The translations under genes and the position numbers were made by a program. The notes beneath the pieces are model-generated. The model made no database searches and was not told where the DNA came from. It was given only the letters and a program-made list of their open reading frames with translations. This document shows, one piece after another, positions 63,245-64,000 of a DNA stretch of 64,000 nt (positions are counted from its first letter, which is position 1; the number at the start of each line of letters is the position of its first letter). The stretch comes from Octopus bimaculoides (taxonomy: Eukaryota), in the NCBI RefSeq assembly GCF_001194135.2, contig NC_068988.1, positions 72,941,764-73,005,763 of the forward strand, written 5' to 3'.

Positions 63245-63460
63245 TGGTTTCAAATATTGACAAGGCCAGCAGTTTTTGAGGGGAGGAGAAAGTCAATTAC
63301 ATCAACCCCAGTATCTGACTGGTATTTTTTTTATCGACTCCAAAACGATGAAAGGCAAAGTTGACCTTAATGGAATTTGAACTCAGAATTTCAAGGTGAA
63401 CAAACTGCTGCTAAGCATTTTGTCTGGAATGTTAACAATTTTGGCAACTCACCACCTTAA
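63245..63460 (-). mobile_element. SINE family 2
   Basis: gactggtatttttttatcgactcc...atgaaaggcaaagttgacc...ggaatttgaactcagaa. Confidence 0.65.
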
Positions 63461-64000
63461 AGAGAAAACTCACATCATTCATGACAATTAAATATCCTAT
63501 CTGTTGTAAATCATACACCAAGGTAACATCACAATAATAATAATAATTTTATTTCATTAGAGCACTTTTTCCAGTCATTAGATAATTTCAAGTAGAGAAT
63601 ACAGCATATGTGTCTGCACTTTTTACCCACTTTCCCAACACCTGCCCACCTCTTACCATCATCTTTAATAACGATATACAATTTGTTTCCCTAGCAACTC
63701 AAAACTTCTCCTTCCTCTACGTATGATGTATGGGTCTACTTCTTTCTGCCATCCCACACTTATATGCACATGTATGTGTGGAGTATAAATGTATGTATGT
63801 GCATGTATTATATTACATATAAAGATATGAAACATATTTGAGGGGGGAGTTACACAGACATTCTTGGTCATTGTTTGCTGTGCATCTTCTCTCCTTCCAA
63901 CAAGCCAGAACCCCCTCCTCCAACTCCCTCATTTTCCCCATTCTTCTTCTCTTCCCTTCCTTTCTCCTTGCAGGCATTTGCAAGAGCCTTCTGCCAGCTC

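Noticed and set aside
56641-64000. Search for AF10 5' exons (PHD1, RCELCP...LKRTD)
   Set aside because: No matching minus-strand segment was found by eye; these exons are presumed to lie outside the window.

Overview
AT-rich eukaryotic scaffold with N gaps and many (AT)n/(CA)n microsatellites. The repeat families look like those of octopod cephalopods, probably Octopus (inference; no search was run). The one host gene is an AF10/MLLT10 (AF17, Alhambra, ZFP-1) orthologue on the minus strand. I assembled 15 GT-AG coding exons by hand from 56640 down to the TGA at 15967. They form one continuous frame of 2276 nt (about 757 aa) covering the Zn-knuckle/PHD2 part of the PZP domain, a Ser/Thr-rich linker, the octapeptide motif and the leucine zipper. 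The 5' exons encoding PHD1 were not found and probably lie beyond 64000. The rest is transposon-derived: three Penelope-like (PLE) fragments, RTE, CR1 and L2-type LINE relics, pogo, mariner, Tc1 and piggyBac relics and MITEs, and two tRNA-SINE families. The best leads are: (1) an intact minimal type-I hammerhead ribozyme at 115-165 (minus), downstream of a PLE GIY-YIG domain, plus a CpG-decayed hammerhead at 48708-48788; (2) a 19-nt frame-essential AF10 microexon whose skipping gives an immediate stop and would remove the DOT1L-binding module; (3) a genomic His codon (CAC) in the normally EQLLERQW octapeptide, which one A-to-I edit would turn into Arg; (4) several long intronic hairpins.
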